Positions 41,447 to 55,205 of a stretch of DNA of 64,000 nucleotides are shown here, piece by piece. The first letter of the stretch is position 1. Each line of letters begins with the position of its first letter. The notes below the pieces were generated by a model that searched no databases, had not been told where the DNA came from, and saw nothing but the letters and a program-made list of their open reading frames with translations. The stretch is from Eledone cirrhosa (lineage: Eukaryota), in NCBI GenBank assembly GCA_964016885.1, contig OZ024763.1, forward strand, positions 8,246,001-8,310,000. The letters are read 5' to 3'. A program made the position numbers and the translations under genes.

Positions 41447-41514
41447 GGACCATCCTCCGTGGTAAATCATTCTATGCTATTGAGACCAAACCATATTGTG
41501 AATCTTGTTATGTT
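41447..41514 (+). CDS. LPP: LPP exon 4: C-terminal part of LIM1
   Basis: (G)TILRGKSFYAIETKPYCESCYV; TTCCAG acceptor, phase-1 start, GTAAGT donor. Confidence 0.93.
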
Positions 41515-41888
41515 GTAAGTATTCTTTCTCTACTGCTCTACTGCCTCTCTACTCTTCTTTCTATTGCTTCTCTACTTTTCTTTCTACTGCTCCTGTACTG
41601 CTCTATCTACTGTTTCTCTACTGCTCTATTTTACCACTATTGCTTCCCTACTGTTCTTCCACTGCTTCCCTGCTGTTCTTCCACTGCTGCTATACTTTTC
41701 CTTCACTGCTTTGATACACTTCTTCCACTGCTCCGCTGCTGATTTTCTACTGCTTCCCTACTGTTCTTCCACTACAACCATATAAAACCTCCATCATTGA
41801 CTCAAGTTCCCTGTAGTTGTTGTTGTTACTGTTGTGTTCCTTCCCCAAGATTAATATGTTCTCTCTGTCTCTTTTCTTCTTTTTACAG

Positions 41889-41936
41889 AACACTCTTGAA
41901 AAATGTTCAGTTTGTTCGAAACCTGTTATTGACCGA
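41889..41936 (+). CDS. LPP: LPP exon 5: start of LIM2
   Basis: NTLEKCSVCSKPVIDR; AG/GT. Confidence 0.93.
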
Positions 41937-42012
41937 GTAAGTGTTGTTGTTGTTGTTGTTGTTGTGGAGGTGTGGCAACAAAATAGTTAAGTTGATAGAG
42001 GGAATGAGGCAT

Positions 42013-42079
<67 letters not shown>

Positions 42080-42081
<2 letters not shown>

Positions 42082-42320
42082 GTAAAATAAAACAAGGACG
42101 ATTGGTTACTCCTTCATTACGTTTATTGGTTGGTGATGCGTGTTTCGCCACTGATCAGCTCAAGGTTCGATCTGTATTGATCTAGCCTGACTCTGTAATC
42201 CACAGCTTGTCAGACCCCTTGTAATGGTAATGAACCTTGAGCTGATCAGTGGCAAAACGCCCGCCACCAACTAATAAACGTAATGAAGGAGTAACCACTC
42301 GTCCTTGTTTTATTTTACTA
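42080..42320. repeat. Inverted repeat (~88-bp arms) with a degenerate extended hammerhead on the minus strand
   Basis: TAGTAAAATAAAACAAGGACG...CGTCCTTGTTTTATTTTACTA. Confidence 0.85.
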
Positions 42321-42419
42321 TACTACTCTCTGTATAGCTCTACACCTCGACACTGAAGTGAACCTAAACATCGAGTGCTCACCCAGGTGAACCTGCAGTA
42401 ACTCCAAGTTACACTCCCT

Positions 42420-42479
<60 letters not shown>

Positions 42480-42562
42480 TAGGAAATAATATCAAGTTTT
42501 TATATATATAATTTTGTAGTTGTTTTATTTTCTAATTATTTTCTTTCTCTTTCCTTCACCAG

Positions 42563-42693
42563 TTGTTGAGAGCGACAGGTAAACCATACCACCCTTCCTG
42601 TTTTACCTGTGTGGTATGTGGTAAAAGTCTTGATGGAGTACCTTTCACAGTTGACGCCACTAACCAGATCCACTGCATTGACGACTTTCACAA
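42563..42693 (+). CDS. LPP: LPP exon 6: LIM2
   Basis: [44 protein letters not shown]. Confidence 0.96.
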
Positions 42694-42752
42694 GTAAGTC
42701 ACACTTTCTCATCTATACTGTAGCGTAGGTTTGGTAGAACTACCCAAGGGTA

Positions 42753-45317
42753 AGAACACTCAGTCTATAGGACAAGTTTAGTATAATTAGTTACAACAGT
42801 GACATCTACAGGTAGAACACTCAGTCTATAGGACAAGTTTAGTATAATTAGTAACAACAGTGACATCTACAGGTAGAACACTCAGTCTATAGGACAAGTT
42901 TAGTATAATTAGTTACAACAGTGACATCTACAGGTAGAACACTCAGTCTATAGGACAAGTTTAGTATAATTAGTTACAACAGTGACATCTACAGGTAGAA
43001 CGCTCAGTCTATAGGACAAGTTTAGTATAATTAGTTACAACAGTGACATCTACAGGTAGAACACTCAGTCTATAGGACAAGTTTAGTATAATTAGTTACA
43101 ACTGTGACATCTACAGGTAGAACACTCAGTCTATAGGACAAGTTTAGTATAATTAGTTACAACAGTGACATCTACAGGTAGAACGCTCAGTCTATAGGAC
43201 AAGTTTAGTATAATTAGTTACAACAGTGACATCTACAGGTAGAACACTCAGTCTATAGGACAAGTTTAGTATAATTAGTTACAACAGTGACATCTACAGG
43301 TAGAACGCTCAGTCTATAGGACAAGTTTAGTATAATTAGTTACAACAGTGACATCTACAGGTAGAACACTCAGTCTATAGGACAAGTTTAGTATAATTAG
43401 TTACAACAGTGACATCTACAGGTAGAACGCTCAGTCTATAGGACAAGTTTAGTATAATTAGTTACAACAGTGACATCTACAGGTAGAACGCTCAGTCTAT
43501 AGGACAAGTTTAGTATAATTAGTTACAACAGTGACATCTACAGGTAGAACACTCAGTCTATAGGACAAGTTTAGTATAATTAGTTACAACAGTGACATCT
43601 ACAGGTAGAACGCTCAGTCTATACGACAAGTTTAGTATAATTAGTTACAACAGTGACATCTACAGGTAGAACACTCAGTCTATAGGACAAGTTTAGTATA
43701 ATTAGTTACAACAGTGACATCTACAGGTAGAACACTCAGTCTATAGGACAAGTTTAGTATAATTAGTTACAACAGTGACATCTACAGGTAGAACACTCAG
43801 TCTATAGGACAAGTTTAGTATAATTAGTAACAACAGTGACATCTACAGGTAGAACACTCAGTCTATAGGACAAGTTTAGTATAATTAGTTACAACAGTGA
43901 CATCTACAGGTAGAACGCTCAGTCTATAGGACAAGTTTAGTATAATTAGTTACAACAGTGACATCTACAGGTAGAACACTCAGTCTATAGGACAAGTTTA
44001 GTATAATTAGTTACAACTGTGACATCTACAGGTAGAACACTCAGTCTATAGGACAAGTTTAGTATAATTAGTTACAACAGTGACATCTACAGGTAGAACG
44101 CTCAGTCTATAGGACAAGTTTAGTATAATTAGTTACAACAGTGACATCTACAGGTAGAACACTCAGTCTATAGGACAAGTTTAGTATAATTAGTTACAAC
44201 AGTGACATCTACAGGTAGAACGCTCAGTCTATAGGACAAGTTTAGTATAATTAGTTACAACAGTGACATCTACAGGTAGAACACTCAGTCTATAGGACAA
44301 GTTTAGTATAATTAGTTACAACAGTGACATCTACAGGTAGAACGCTCAGTCTATAGGACAAGTTTAGTATAATTAGTTACAACAGTGACATCTACAGGTA
44401 GAACGCTCAGTCTATAGGACAAGTTTAGTATAATTAGTTACAACAGTGACATCTACAGGTAGAACACTCAGTCTATAGGACAAGTTTAGTATAATTAGTT
44501 ACAACAGTGACATCTACAGGTAGAACGCTCAGTCTATACGACAAGTTTAGTATAATTAGTTATAACAGTGACATCTACAGGTAGAACACTCAGTCTATAG
44601 GACAAGTTTAGTATAATTAGTTACAACAGTGACATCTACAGGTAGAACACTCAGTCTATAGGACAAGTTTAGTATAATTAGTTACAACAGTGACATCTAC
44701 AGGTAGAACACTCAGTCTATAGGACAAGTTTAGTATAATTAGTTACAACAGTGACATCTACAGGTAGAACACTCAGTCTATAGGACAAGTTTAGTATAAT
44801 TAGTTACAACAGTGACATCTACAGGTAGAACACTCAGTCTATAGGACAAGTTTAGTATAATTAGTTACAACAGTGACATCTACAGGTAGAACACTCAGTC
44901 TATAGGACAAGTTTAGTATAATTAGTTACAACAGTGACATCTACAGGTAGAACACTCAGTCTATAGGACAAGTTTAGTATAATTAGTAACAACAGTGACA
45001 TCTACAGGTAGAACACTCAGTCTATAGGACAAGTTTAGTATAATTAGTTACAACAGTGACATCTACAGGTAGAACACTCAGTCTATAGGACAAGTTTAGT
45101 ATAATTAGTTACAACAGTGACATCTACAGGTAGAACACTCAGTCTATAGGACAAGTTTAGTATAATTAGTTACAACAGTGACATCTACAGGTAGAACACT
45201 CAGTCTATAGGACAAGTTTAGTATAATTAGTTACAACAGTGACATCTACAGGTAGAACACTCAGTCTATAGGACAAGTTTAGTATAATTAGTAACAACAG
45301 TGACATCTACAGGTAGA
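42753..45317. repeat. 61-bp tandem satellite (~42 near-identical copies)
   Basis: Unit AGAACACTCAGTCTATAGGACAAGTTTAGTATAATTAGTTACAACAGTGACATCTACAGGT. Confidence 0.97.
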
Positions 45318-45577
45318 TGGCTGACTGAATATGGTCGTGTGTTGTTTTTCACCTAAATTTTTTTTCTCATTTTCCCTGTTCCTTCCTCTCATCACTCTTT
45401 ACTTTCTATTTATCTTCTATTTCTAACTCTCCCGATGAAGGACTAGTGCCCCAAACATTAAGACTCTCTCCCTGCTATTTCAAGCATTAAACTAATATAT
45501 TTCTTCCATGTACTGTGCTGTTAGTTTTGTTATTTTTGTTATTTCTGTTTACCTTTTACATACACACATATATATAT

Positions 45578-45750
45578 TTTAATTACATAATTAACAACAC
45601 AATATAATTATTCCATTACCAAAGGTTTTGAGAAACTAGACGATCCTTACAGAAACATCTAACTCGTTTGTCAGACAAGATAATTATCTAGTTTCTCAAA
45701 ACCTTTGGTAGTGGAATAATTATATTGTGTTGTTTATTATGTAATTAAAT
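45578..45750. repeat. Inverted repeat (~60-bp arms)
   Basis: ACAACACAATATAATTATTCCATTACCAAAGGTTTTGAGAAACTAGA / TCTAGTTTCTCAAAACCTTTGGTAGTGGAATAATTATATTGTGTTGT. Confidence 0.85.
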
Positions 45751-45809
45751 AGCTCTGTACTATACATAGAGCACTCTTCTTTCCTTTACCTTTCCTATGG
45801 AAATACTTA

Positions 45810-45853
<44 letters not shown>

Positions 45854-46114
45854 CACAGTCCACGCTGTAATGTGGCCGTGTAGGTAACACGGTAAAAAGC
45901 TCCCAGTCCACACTGTAAATGTGGTTGGTGTTAGGAAGGGCATCCAGCCGTAGAAAACCTGCCAGATAGTCCTATATGAGCGAGACACGGTCACCTGACC
46001 AACCTTGCCCCAAATTGGGACAACTCCCGTCTAACCCATGCTAGTGTGGAAGATAGACGTTAAATGATGATGATGATATATATATATAATGTTGTTGTTG
46101 TTCTTTTTCACCAG

Positions 46115-46235
46115 AAAATTTGCCCCTCGCTGTTGTGTGTGTCAACTTCCCATTATGCCCGACCCTGGTAAGGAGGAGACAGTACGCGTGGTAGCTATGG
46201 ACAGGAGCTTCCATGTGCACTGCTACTGTTGCGAG
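46115..46235 (+). CDS. LPP: LPP exon 7: first part of LIM3
   Basis: [40 protein letters not shown]. Confidence 0.96.
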
Positions 46236-46577
46236 GTAAGTTTCTTTCATACCATTTCCTTCCCATATTTCACCTCTCAATAATATTCATGTAGCTAATA
46301 AGTGTTTCTACTTTTGGCACAAGGCCAGCAATTACCCCAGTGTATTACTGCTACTTTATTTTATCGACCCGTAAGGATGAAAGGCAAAGTTAACCTCGGC
46401 AGATTCATGTAGCTAATAATGTCTTCTTAAGTTACTCTCGGGTCCCAAATAATAGGAGGGGGAGGGGGCTTGACATTTGCTTAAATACTATCACCAAGGG
46501 GTTAAAAAAAGACTATATAAAAAAAAGAAAAATAAGCATTAACAAATAGCACAGATATCTGGTATATGACAGGCGTG

Positions 46578-47120
46578 GGCTCAACTCTCACAGAGACATG
46601 AGCTCAACTCCTACAAAGGCTTGAGCTCAACTCTCTCAGAGGCATGAATGAGCTCAACTTTCACAGAGGCTTGAATGAGCTCAACTCTCACAGAGACATG
46701 AGCTCAACTCTCACAAAGGCTTGAGCTCAACTCTCACAGAGGCATGAATGAGCTCAACTCTCACAAAGGCTTGAGCTCAACTCTCACAGAGGCATGAATG
46801 AGCTCAACTCTCACAGAGGTATGAATGAGCTCAACTCTCACAGAGGTATGAATGAGCTCAACTCTCACAGAGGCATGAATGAGCTCAACTCCCACAAAGG
46901 CTTGAGCTCAACTCTCACAGAGGCATGAATGAGCTCAACTCCCACAAAGGCTTGAGCTCAACTCTCACAGAGGTATGAATGAGCTCAACTCCCACAAAGG
47001 CTTGAGCTCAACTCCCACAAAGGCTTGAGCTCAACTCTCACAGAGGTATGAATGAGCTCAACTCCCACAAAGGCTTGAGCTCAACTCTCACAGAGGTATG
47101 AATGAGCTCAACTTCCACAG
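46578..47120. repeat. 23/27-bp minisatellite
   Basis: Alternating GAGCTCAACTCTCACAGAGGCATGAAT and GAGCTCAACTCCCACAAAGGCTT units. Confidence 0.9.
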
Positions 47121-47279
47121 GCGATATTGTCCATTTTTTTCATCACTAGAGCTTTATATGGCCAAGGCCAACTCGTTCGATTATTTTTTCATAATAATAA
47201 AACGACTTATGCTGAAGTATCTTACATTAAACTAACATATTTCAAGGTTTAATCTCTTTCTTCTTTTTATCGTTTCAAG

Positions 47280-47411
47280 GATTGCGGTATGCCATTATCA
47301 TCTGAGGCCGAGGGTCGAGGCTGTTACCCTCTTGATGAACACGTACTCTGCAAAATCTGCAATGCCAAGCGCATTCAGGCACTCACCACCAAAATGACCA
47401 CCGAACTGTGA
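47280..47411 (+). CDS. LPP: LPP exon 8: end of LIM3 and PDZ-binding-type C-terminus
   Basis: DCGMPLSSEAEGRGCYPLDEHVLCKICNAKRIQALTTKMTTEL-stop. Confidence 0.96.
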   Translation, partial: DCGMPLSSEAEGRGCYPLDEHVLCKICNAKRIQALTTKMTTEL

Positions 47412-47650
47412 ACTTTGGGGGAGTCAGGGGCTTTCTTAGAAGCGCCATATTGTGTGTCTTATAGACCCTCCCTGTCTTATGGATAACCGTATAATCTTGC
47501 CTGACAGATTCATATAGTCCTGTATCTGTCAGAACCACATACTCACGTCTGACAGATCCACACAAACACATATATATATATATCACCTTTATAACGCACA
47601 CACACACACATATATCTATATCACTCCTGTACAGAGACTTCACCTTAATA

Positions 47651-47682
<32 letters not shown>

Positions 47683-47782
47683 CTATATCACTCCTGTACA
47701 GAGACTTCACCTTAATAACACACACACACACACATATATATATATCTATATCACTCCTGTACAGAGACTTCACCTTAATAAG

Positions 47783-47849
<67 letters not shown>

Positions 47850-48198
47850 GAAGGAGCATGGCTTAGTGGTTAGAGCATTGGGCTTGCAATCGAGAGGTTG
47901 TGAGTTCGATTTTCGGACCGGACTTACTTGGCGTTTTGTTCTTGAAGAAGACACTTTATTTCACGTTGCTCCAGTTCACTCAGCTGCAGAAATGAGTTGT
48001 CACGTCACTGGTGCCAGGCTGTATTGGCCATTGTCTTTCCCTTGGACAACATCGGTGGTGTGGAGAGTGGAGGCTGGTATGTATGGGCGACTGCTGGTCT
48101 TCCACAAACAACCTTGCCCAGACTTGTGCCATGGAAGGGAACTTTCTAGGTGCAACTCCCATGGTCATTCATGACCGGGAGGGGGTCTTTATCCCCTT
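47850..48198 (+). mobile_element. Full-length tRNA-derived SINE just downstream of the LPP stop
   Basis: A box TGGCTTAGTGG, B box GTTCGATT; colinear with 15006-15350. Confidence 0.8.
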
Positions 48199-49345
48199 TA
48201 TATATATATATAACTCCGGTACACAGACTTCAACTTTATAACACACACATATATACATTTATATGCACACACAAACCCAGTCTTCACTCCCACCCCAAGC
48301 ACATCCTTTAACCCTTTAGCATTCACATTACTCTATATTTACTATTACATTTTCACGGTAAAGGCTTTATCTCACATAATATCGAATCTATGAGATTTTG
48401 ATATTATATATTTTGAGAACAATACCTTAATATCAGTATGAGTGGCTGGATGTGGCCGGTTTAAATGCTAAAGGGTTAAACTGTTTTTGTTTTGTATTTT
48501 TTGATAATTTTTTTTTCTACCAAATATTAATCCTGCTGATAAACTACATGTATATATATATATATATACATGTATGTCTGTATGTGTATGAATATCTATT
48601 TGTCTTTCTGATCATTTGTCTATATCTATTTATTTTTCTACACATCTGTCTGTCTGTCTGTCTATTTATTTTTCTACATATCTGTGTGTGTGTATGTGTG
48701 CTTATGTCTTTTTCTAATTATCTATCTGTCTGTGTGTCTGTCTATTTATCTGTGTGTGTATCTATTTGTCTGTCTGCCTCTCTGTGTCTATCAATGTCTT
48801 TCTATATATCTCTCTCTCTATGTATCTATGAGCCTGTCTCTCTCTTTTCCTTCTAAGCTGTGCATGTATCTATCTGTACTTCTCTTAATACCTATCTCTC
48901 TCTCCCTCCATCTACCTACCTATCTCTCTCTCTACCCACCTACCTATCTTAGTATCTATCTACCCACCTACCTACCTACCTCCCTACCCACCTACCTACC
49001 TCCCTTCCTACCCCCTACCCACCTCCCTCCCTACCCACCCACCTGCCTACCTCTGTCCCTCCCTACCACTCTACCTCCCTCCCTACCTACCCACCCACCT
49101 ACCTATATACCTACCTACGTCCCTCCCTCTCTACCTACCCACCTACCTCTCTCCCTACCTACCTACCTACCTACCCACCTACCTCTCTCCCTACCTACCT
49201 ATCTATCTCTCTACATCCCTACCTCCCTACCCACCTTCCTGTAGAAGCCATTTCTATATTAATCATGTTTACACTCTATTAAAGTATTGAGTACCTTATT
49301 TACTGTGGTCACCCCTGATTGAACCTGGGACTCTCACACACTCAT

Positions 49346-49388
<43 letters not shown>

Positions 49389-49479
49389 AATTAAGTATTT
49401 TTCCTGCTATAATTTCTGTAATATCTTCTGATTCTGGGATATAACTTGGATCTTGGCCAGAGTCAACAGAGGAGCACTG

Positions 49480-49805
49480 GTACTTTATATATATAAAGTA
49501 GTAACTACTTAGTCTCTGGTACTATATAAAGTAGTAGCTCTAGTACTATATATAAAGTAGTAACTACTTAGTCTCTGGTACTATATAAAGTAGTAGCTCT
49601 AGTACTATATATGAAGTAGTAACTACTTAGTCTCTGGTACTATATAAAGTAGTAGTTACTAGTTAGACAATCTCTAGTACTATATATAAAGTAGTAACTA
49701 CTTAGTCTCTGGTACTATATAAAGTAGTAGTTACTAGTTAGACAATCTCTAGTACTATATATAAAGTAGTAACTACTTAGTCTCTGGTACTATATAAAGT
49801 AGTCT
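49480..49805. repeat. AT-rich tandem repeat
   Basis: Recurrent AAAGTAGTAACTACTTAGTCTCTGGTACTATAT. Confidence 0.85.
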
Positions 49806-50552
49806 AACAAAATGACTTTGGTCGATAGAATAAAGTATTCTTATTAACCCTTTATCAATTACATTACTCTATATTTACTATAATATTTTCACATTAAAGG
49901 CTTTACCTCACATAACATAGAATCTATGAGATTTTGATGTTATTTATTTTGAGAACAATACCTTAACATCAATATGAGTGGCCAGTTATGACCAGTTTGA
50001 ACAGAAAGAAGTGAGAGAATTCTGGCCGGATATGGCCTGTTTAAATGCTGAAGGGTTAATTTTCCCATTCTCCAAAACTTTTGAGTTTCAATCCTGTTGA
50101 GGTAAAAAAAACTTTGCCTTTAATCCTTTGAAGAAGAGATGCTGATAAAACAAAATACCAGTGATGTATTGGGGAGTGTCAATATACCCCCCCCCCCCCA
50201 TTTCCGGCCTTGTGTCCTAAATTAGAAACTCTATTGTTGTCTAAACAGTGAGTGTGGTGTGGAGGTGGTGAGTGCTGGACCAATACCTACCTTGACATTT
50301 GGTTTCAGTTTCTCTCCGGAACAATTTCTCTTCCATCAGTAATATTCTTCTTTTTTTTTCTTTCTTTCTTTGAAAATGTTTTTTTTTTTTTGGAAAAAAC
50401 ATGAATTTGTATATAGTTTCGTATAACCACGACACATATATCTGTTTCTCTCTCTCTCTATATATATATATACACACATTTGTTTCTATCTATCTATATA
50501 TGTATACATCTGTTGCTATCTCTCTCTCCCTCTATATATATATATACATACA

Positions 50553-50590
<38 letters not shown>

Positions 50591-51230
50591 CACACACACA
50601 CATATACACCTATTTATCTACCTATATATCTATCTCTCTATATATACACACACATTGACAATGTCAGAAAAGTATGATTATTATTATCATTATAATTATT
50701 ATTACTAATAATTTTATTATTATTATTACTATTATTATTACTATTATTATTATTACTATTATTACTATGTGATCATTGTTTCTATAATTAACATATTATT
50801 ATAATAAACAATATTATTAATTATACATTGTTGTTGTTGCCATGTGTGGAATGCATGAATGTTACACAATTGCTTGTGTATATATATATAATATATATAT
50901 ATATTTAAATAATTTTGAAAGCCATACAATGCATTAGAAAATTAAAGATGTCAATATAATAGAATCTTACCTTAGCAAATTTAACTTAAATCTACCTTCC
51001 TGACAACTCATCTCCGACTGATCCTTTAAGACCTTCACAGGGATACTACCTTGATAATGGGTTTATAAACCCGAAAATATTCAGGATTATTAAATTTGCT
51101 AAGGTAAAATTCTATGGTTATCTTAGCACCTTTAATTTTCTAATGCATTGTATGGCTTTTAAAATTATTAAAATATATATCATCATCATCATCATCATCA
51201 TTGTTTAACGTCCATCTTCCACGCTTGCAT

Positions 51231-51269
<39 letters not shown>

Positions 51270-51767
51270 TATATGTAGCAATAATAATAAATATCATCAT
51301 CATCATCACCGTTTTACGTCCGTTCTTCCACGCTAGCATGGGTTAGACGGGTTGTCCTGTTGTGGGCAGTGTCTGGTCGGCTGACCATGCCTTGCTCATA
51401 CAGGAACTGATTTGGCTTCATTTCTACAGCTGGATGCCCTTCCTAACACCAACCTCATTTACAGTGAGTGCTGGGTTTTTTCGTGGCACCTACACGTCCA
51501 CTTTACAGTGTGGGCTGGGTGCTTTTTTGCCGTGGCACCTCCACGACCACCTTGCAGTGGGGGGTGTGGGGGCAAATATGAAGACTAAAATCCAAAGAGA
51601 GCTCAATAAGGATAAATATATATAAAATATATAAGAACCATAGAGCAAATATTTCAGAAGATCCCGTTAAGGGTGAAAGCAGCGATTCTTTGCTTAAACT
51701 TTAGTTTGTTATTTTAATAAATATATATATATATATATGTTACATTTGATGATATATATACATACCA

Positions 51768-51808
<41 letters not shown>

Positions 51809-52456
51809 GATCACCATTGTTTTTACATCTGCTTTCCATGCTTGCATGGGTTGGCCGATAAAAGGGAAAGTGGTTGTGCATTTGCTTGATGTCAGCCGAG
51901 GGGTTCTCGCACATGGCTACTCAAGCCACCCAACTAACGTGTGCCACAGTACTAACATGACTAGTGTTAGTACTGTAGTCACAACTAGTAGAAATAATAT
52001 TGGTCGTTGTTTTCAAGATTCTGGCTGGCGGTTCTACTGGCTGGATGACCTTCCTATCACTAACCACTTTACAGAGTGTACTGGGTGTATTGTTTCTGCC
52101 AGCAGCAGCAGCAGCCCTAGAGAGGTTGTCTTACCAGACTTAACAGTCCTCTCTACCCTCTATCAGGTTTTATTTGGAGTATCTACTCTCCTAGATGGGT
52201 GGATGAATCGCCCTGACCTGGGGTTAAACAACAACATGAGAAAGCTGTCAGTCAACTACATGAAAAGAAAAGAGGTACTTTATTTCTCATTTAACATTGT
52301 TAGAACAACTATGATGATGATGGGGAGGAGGTGGTAGAAACAATGCGATAGCAAGAATAGACAATTGTTGTTGTTATTGTTGTCGAAATGTGAGCAGTCC
52401 ATAAAAGAGAAGAGTACGGGGAGGTCATATGGTGGTCTTAAAGTGAGGTCGTGACA

Positions 52457-52687
52457 TCAAGCTATAGTGAGGTCATCATTAAAATACAGGAATATTGTTT
52501 GCAGGTATTCGTTCTCGTTCATCCTGAGTTCGTAAAACTCCTCATCAAAGTCCTTGATGCCATTCTCCACCAAAGTCTTGTTCATGTTCAAGTTATGACC
52601 TTTGTACTTCCACGTGTAGCTGCCAGCATGTGCATTGTACGGTAGGTAGCGCTGCAGGATGTTGTCGATACATTCCTCGGCACAGAC
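52457..52687 (-). CDS. CYB5D1: Cytochrome b5 domain-containing protein 1, exon 4
   Basis: [28 protein letters not shown]...[11 protein letters not shown]-stop. Confidence 0.95.
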   Translation of the reverse strand, partial: VCAEECIDNILQRYLPYNAHAGSYTWKYKGHNLNMNKTLVENGIKDFDEEFYELRMNENEYLQTIFLYFNDDLTIA

Positions 52688-52900
52688 CTACAAAAAGACA
52701 CACCACACACACAACCACCACCACCACCACCCCCCAGTAAACATAATTAAAGAAATATATTTTAATTTAGAAAAATTAAAAAATAGAAATATATATGAAA
52801 TTAGTTTGTTTTTTTAAAACAAAACTAAAAAAACCCCCCCAAAACTAATCCAGTAGAAAAACGAAAAAAAAAGAATTTAGTAAGATAAAAAAGAAAGAGA

Positions 52901-53610
52901 AAGGAGCTGATCATCAGATGCGATCAAAGAAACTATGTGTCCATTGGTCTTTCCATTACTGATACTATCTGTCAGTCACAACTCCTGGAAGAAGGAGCTG
53001 ATCATCAGATGAGATCAAGGAAACTATGTGTCCATTGGTCTTTCCATTACTGATACTATCTGTCAGTCACAACTCCTGGAAGAAGGAGCTGATCATCAGA
53101 TGAGATCAAGGAAACTATGTGTCCATTGGTCTTTCCATTGCTGATACTATCTGTCAGTCACAACTCCTGGAAGAAGGAGCTGATCATCAGATGAGATCAA
53201 GGAAACTATGTGTCCATTGGTCTTTCCATTACTGATACTATCTGTCAGTCACAACTCTTGGAAGAAGGAGCTGATCATCAGATGAGATCAAGGAAACTAT
53301 GTGTCCATTGGTCTTTCCATTACTGATACTATCTGTCAGTCACAACTCCTGGAAGAAGGAGCTGATCATCAGATGAGATCAAGGAAACTATGTGTCCATT
53401 GGTCTTTCCATTGCTGATAATATCTGTCAGTCACAACTCCTGGAAGAAGGAGCTGATCATCAGATGAGATCAAGGAAACTATGTGTCCATTGGTCTTTCC
53501 ATTGCTGATAATATCTGTCAGTCACAACTCCTGGAAGAAGGAGCTGATCATCAGATGAGATCAAGGAAACTATGTGTCCATTGGTCTTTCCATTGCTGAT
53601 AATATCTGTT
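52901..53610. repeat. 91-bp tandem repeat (~7.7 copies) in CYB5D1 intron 3
   Basis: Unit begins AAGGAGCTGATCATCAGATGAGATCAAGGAAACTATGTGTCC; starts at 52901, 52992 and so on. Confidence 0.95.
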
Positions 53611-53874
53611 AGTTGCACATCTTGGCAGAAATGTCACATCTTTTCTGGTGACAGGAGCCAGTTTGAATTCAAAATGTACAGAGCAAGAAGTGACAGACTG
53701 CAAAGAATTCTGGTACTTTAATTATCAACCTTGAAGTGCCAGTAACGCACTGGGATCAATTTGATCGACTTTACCCTCTTCCCTTTAAATTGCTGGCCTT
53801 GTGCCAAATGTAGAAACCATCATTTATTTTGTCTCTGATCTAATAAACAAAAGTAAACACAACATACTTCCTAC

Positions 53875-54096
53875 CTCGATTATTTGCTCCTGTGATGTTA
53901 ACGCGTTTACAATCTTAATTTTGCAAGTCTTTTCTGAAAGGTATCCTACTTCATACGCTTCATTATCCTTCCACCAGGGACAGCCAAAGTCATTAGCCCA
54001 GCTGGAGTCTGGGTACGGTGGTGGTATGTGAAGAAAGCGGCCGTTTGGACAATATGGAATAAGGCACTGCGTCTCGGGATCAACATATTTGCGGAC
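53875..54096 (-). CDS. CYB5D1: CYB5D1 exon 3
   Basis: [42 protein letters not shown]...[11 protein letters not shown]. Confidence 0.95.
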
Positions 54097-54252
54097 CTGA
54101 AATGGGTTACATAGAGAAGGGTCAGGTGCATGTATTTCATTAGAAATATAGTAATGAAAGTTGTGTACAGTGCTCAGGTGCACTACAACTCATCAAAGCT
54201 GCATGTGTTTTTAGAGAAATATGGTAATGAAAATGTTAAAGAGTTGACTCAC

Positions 54253-54329
54253 ATCGCAAGTATATTTGTCAAACCAATGAGAGATGTCTGTCCCACCAGC
54301 ATCAATGATGGGTTTCAAGAGAATATTTC
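54253..54329 (-). CDS. CYB5D1: CYB5D1 exon 2
   Basis: (G)NILLKPIIDAGGTDISHWFDKYTCD; AG/GT. Confidence 0.93.
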
Positions 54330-54894
54330 CTATGGAGAGAGACACAGATAATGTTAAGAAATGATTCCACAGAGAATAATAGTTTCATTTATTGGCCACA
54401 AGGGCCGACATATAGGGGACAATACAAAAGACAGGGACAGTGGGGGTTTACATATACAACGTGTAAACATACACACACACATGTACACCAGGTCTGATCA
54501 CAAAGGAGCCAAACTCTCACTGTCATCGCCTCCATCACCCCCTGCTCTCCCATCTCACATGTACACCAGATCTGATCACAAAGGAGCCAAACTCTCACTG
54601 TCAGTGGTGGACTGGGTCTAAAAATATTGGGTGCCAGGAGATGAAGGGGTCCACATACATATAGAATGCTATCATTTAATTTTTATAATGAATAAATAAT
54701 ATTTTCGAAAAATACGTAAGTGGAAACAAAACAGTGCAATCATATTTTTGCAGAAAAATATCTTACCTTCTCCAATAAAAAAAAATGTTTTTTTCGAAAT
54801 CCAGAGACTTTCAATAATGACCAGAAGTCGACCCTAAATATTACTAATAGCTCTAGGAAAGCCATGAACGACAACACATCTTTTTAACTTTGAT

Positions 54895-55205
54895 TTTGAA
54901 AATAAGTTTATAGTTATCAATATTCATTATACTTTCGTAGCTGTCTCGGTGGCCTAGTTGGAAGAGTCATAGGCGGTGGTGATCCTGGTCTGAAGTTCAA
55001 TCTTGGTTGGGAATAGGGTTCCCTTTTCAGTTTTTTTCTATTGGTTGTAAAATAAAAACTGAAAAGGTTACATGCACCTCTTGACCAGGATTGAACCCAA
55101 GACCAGGATCTCCACCGTCTCTAGTACCTACCACTAGGCCACAGAAACAACTACAAAAATCTTATGAAAATTCATACTTATAAACCTACTTTTATTTATT
55201 TTAAA
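54895..55205. mobile_element. Fold-back element made of two inward-facing tRNA-like units
   Basis: GTGGCCTAGTTGG...GATCCTGGTC..GTTCAATCTTGG on +, with its mirror CCAGGATTGAAC..GACCAGGATC..CCACTAGGCCAC. Confidence 0.6.

Noticed and set aside
42753-45317. CRISPR-like regular repeats
   Set aside because: Head-to-tail units without unique spacers, in a eukaryotic intron, with no cas genes
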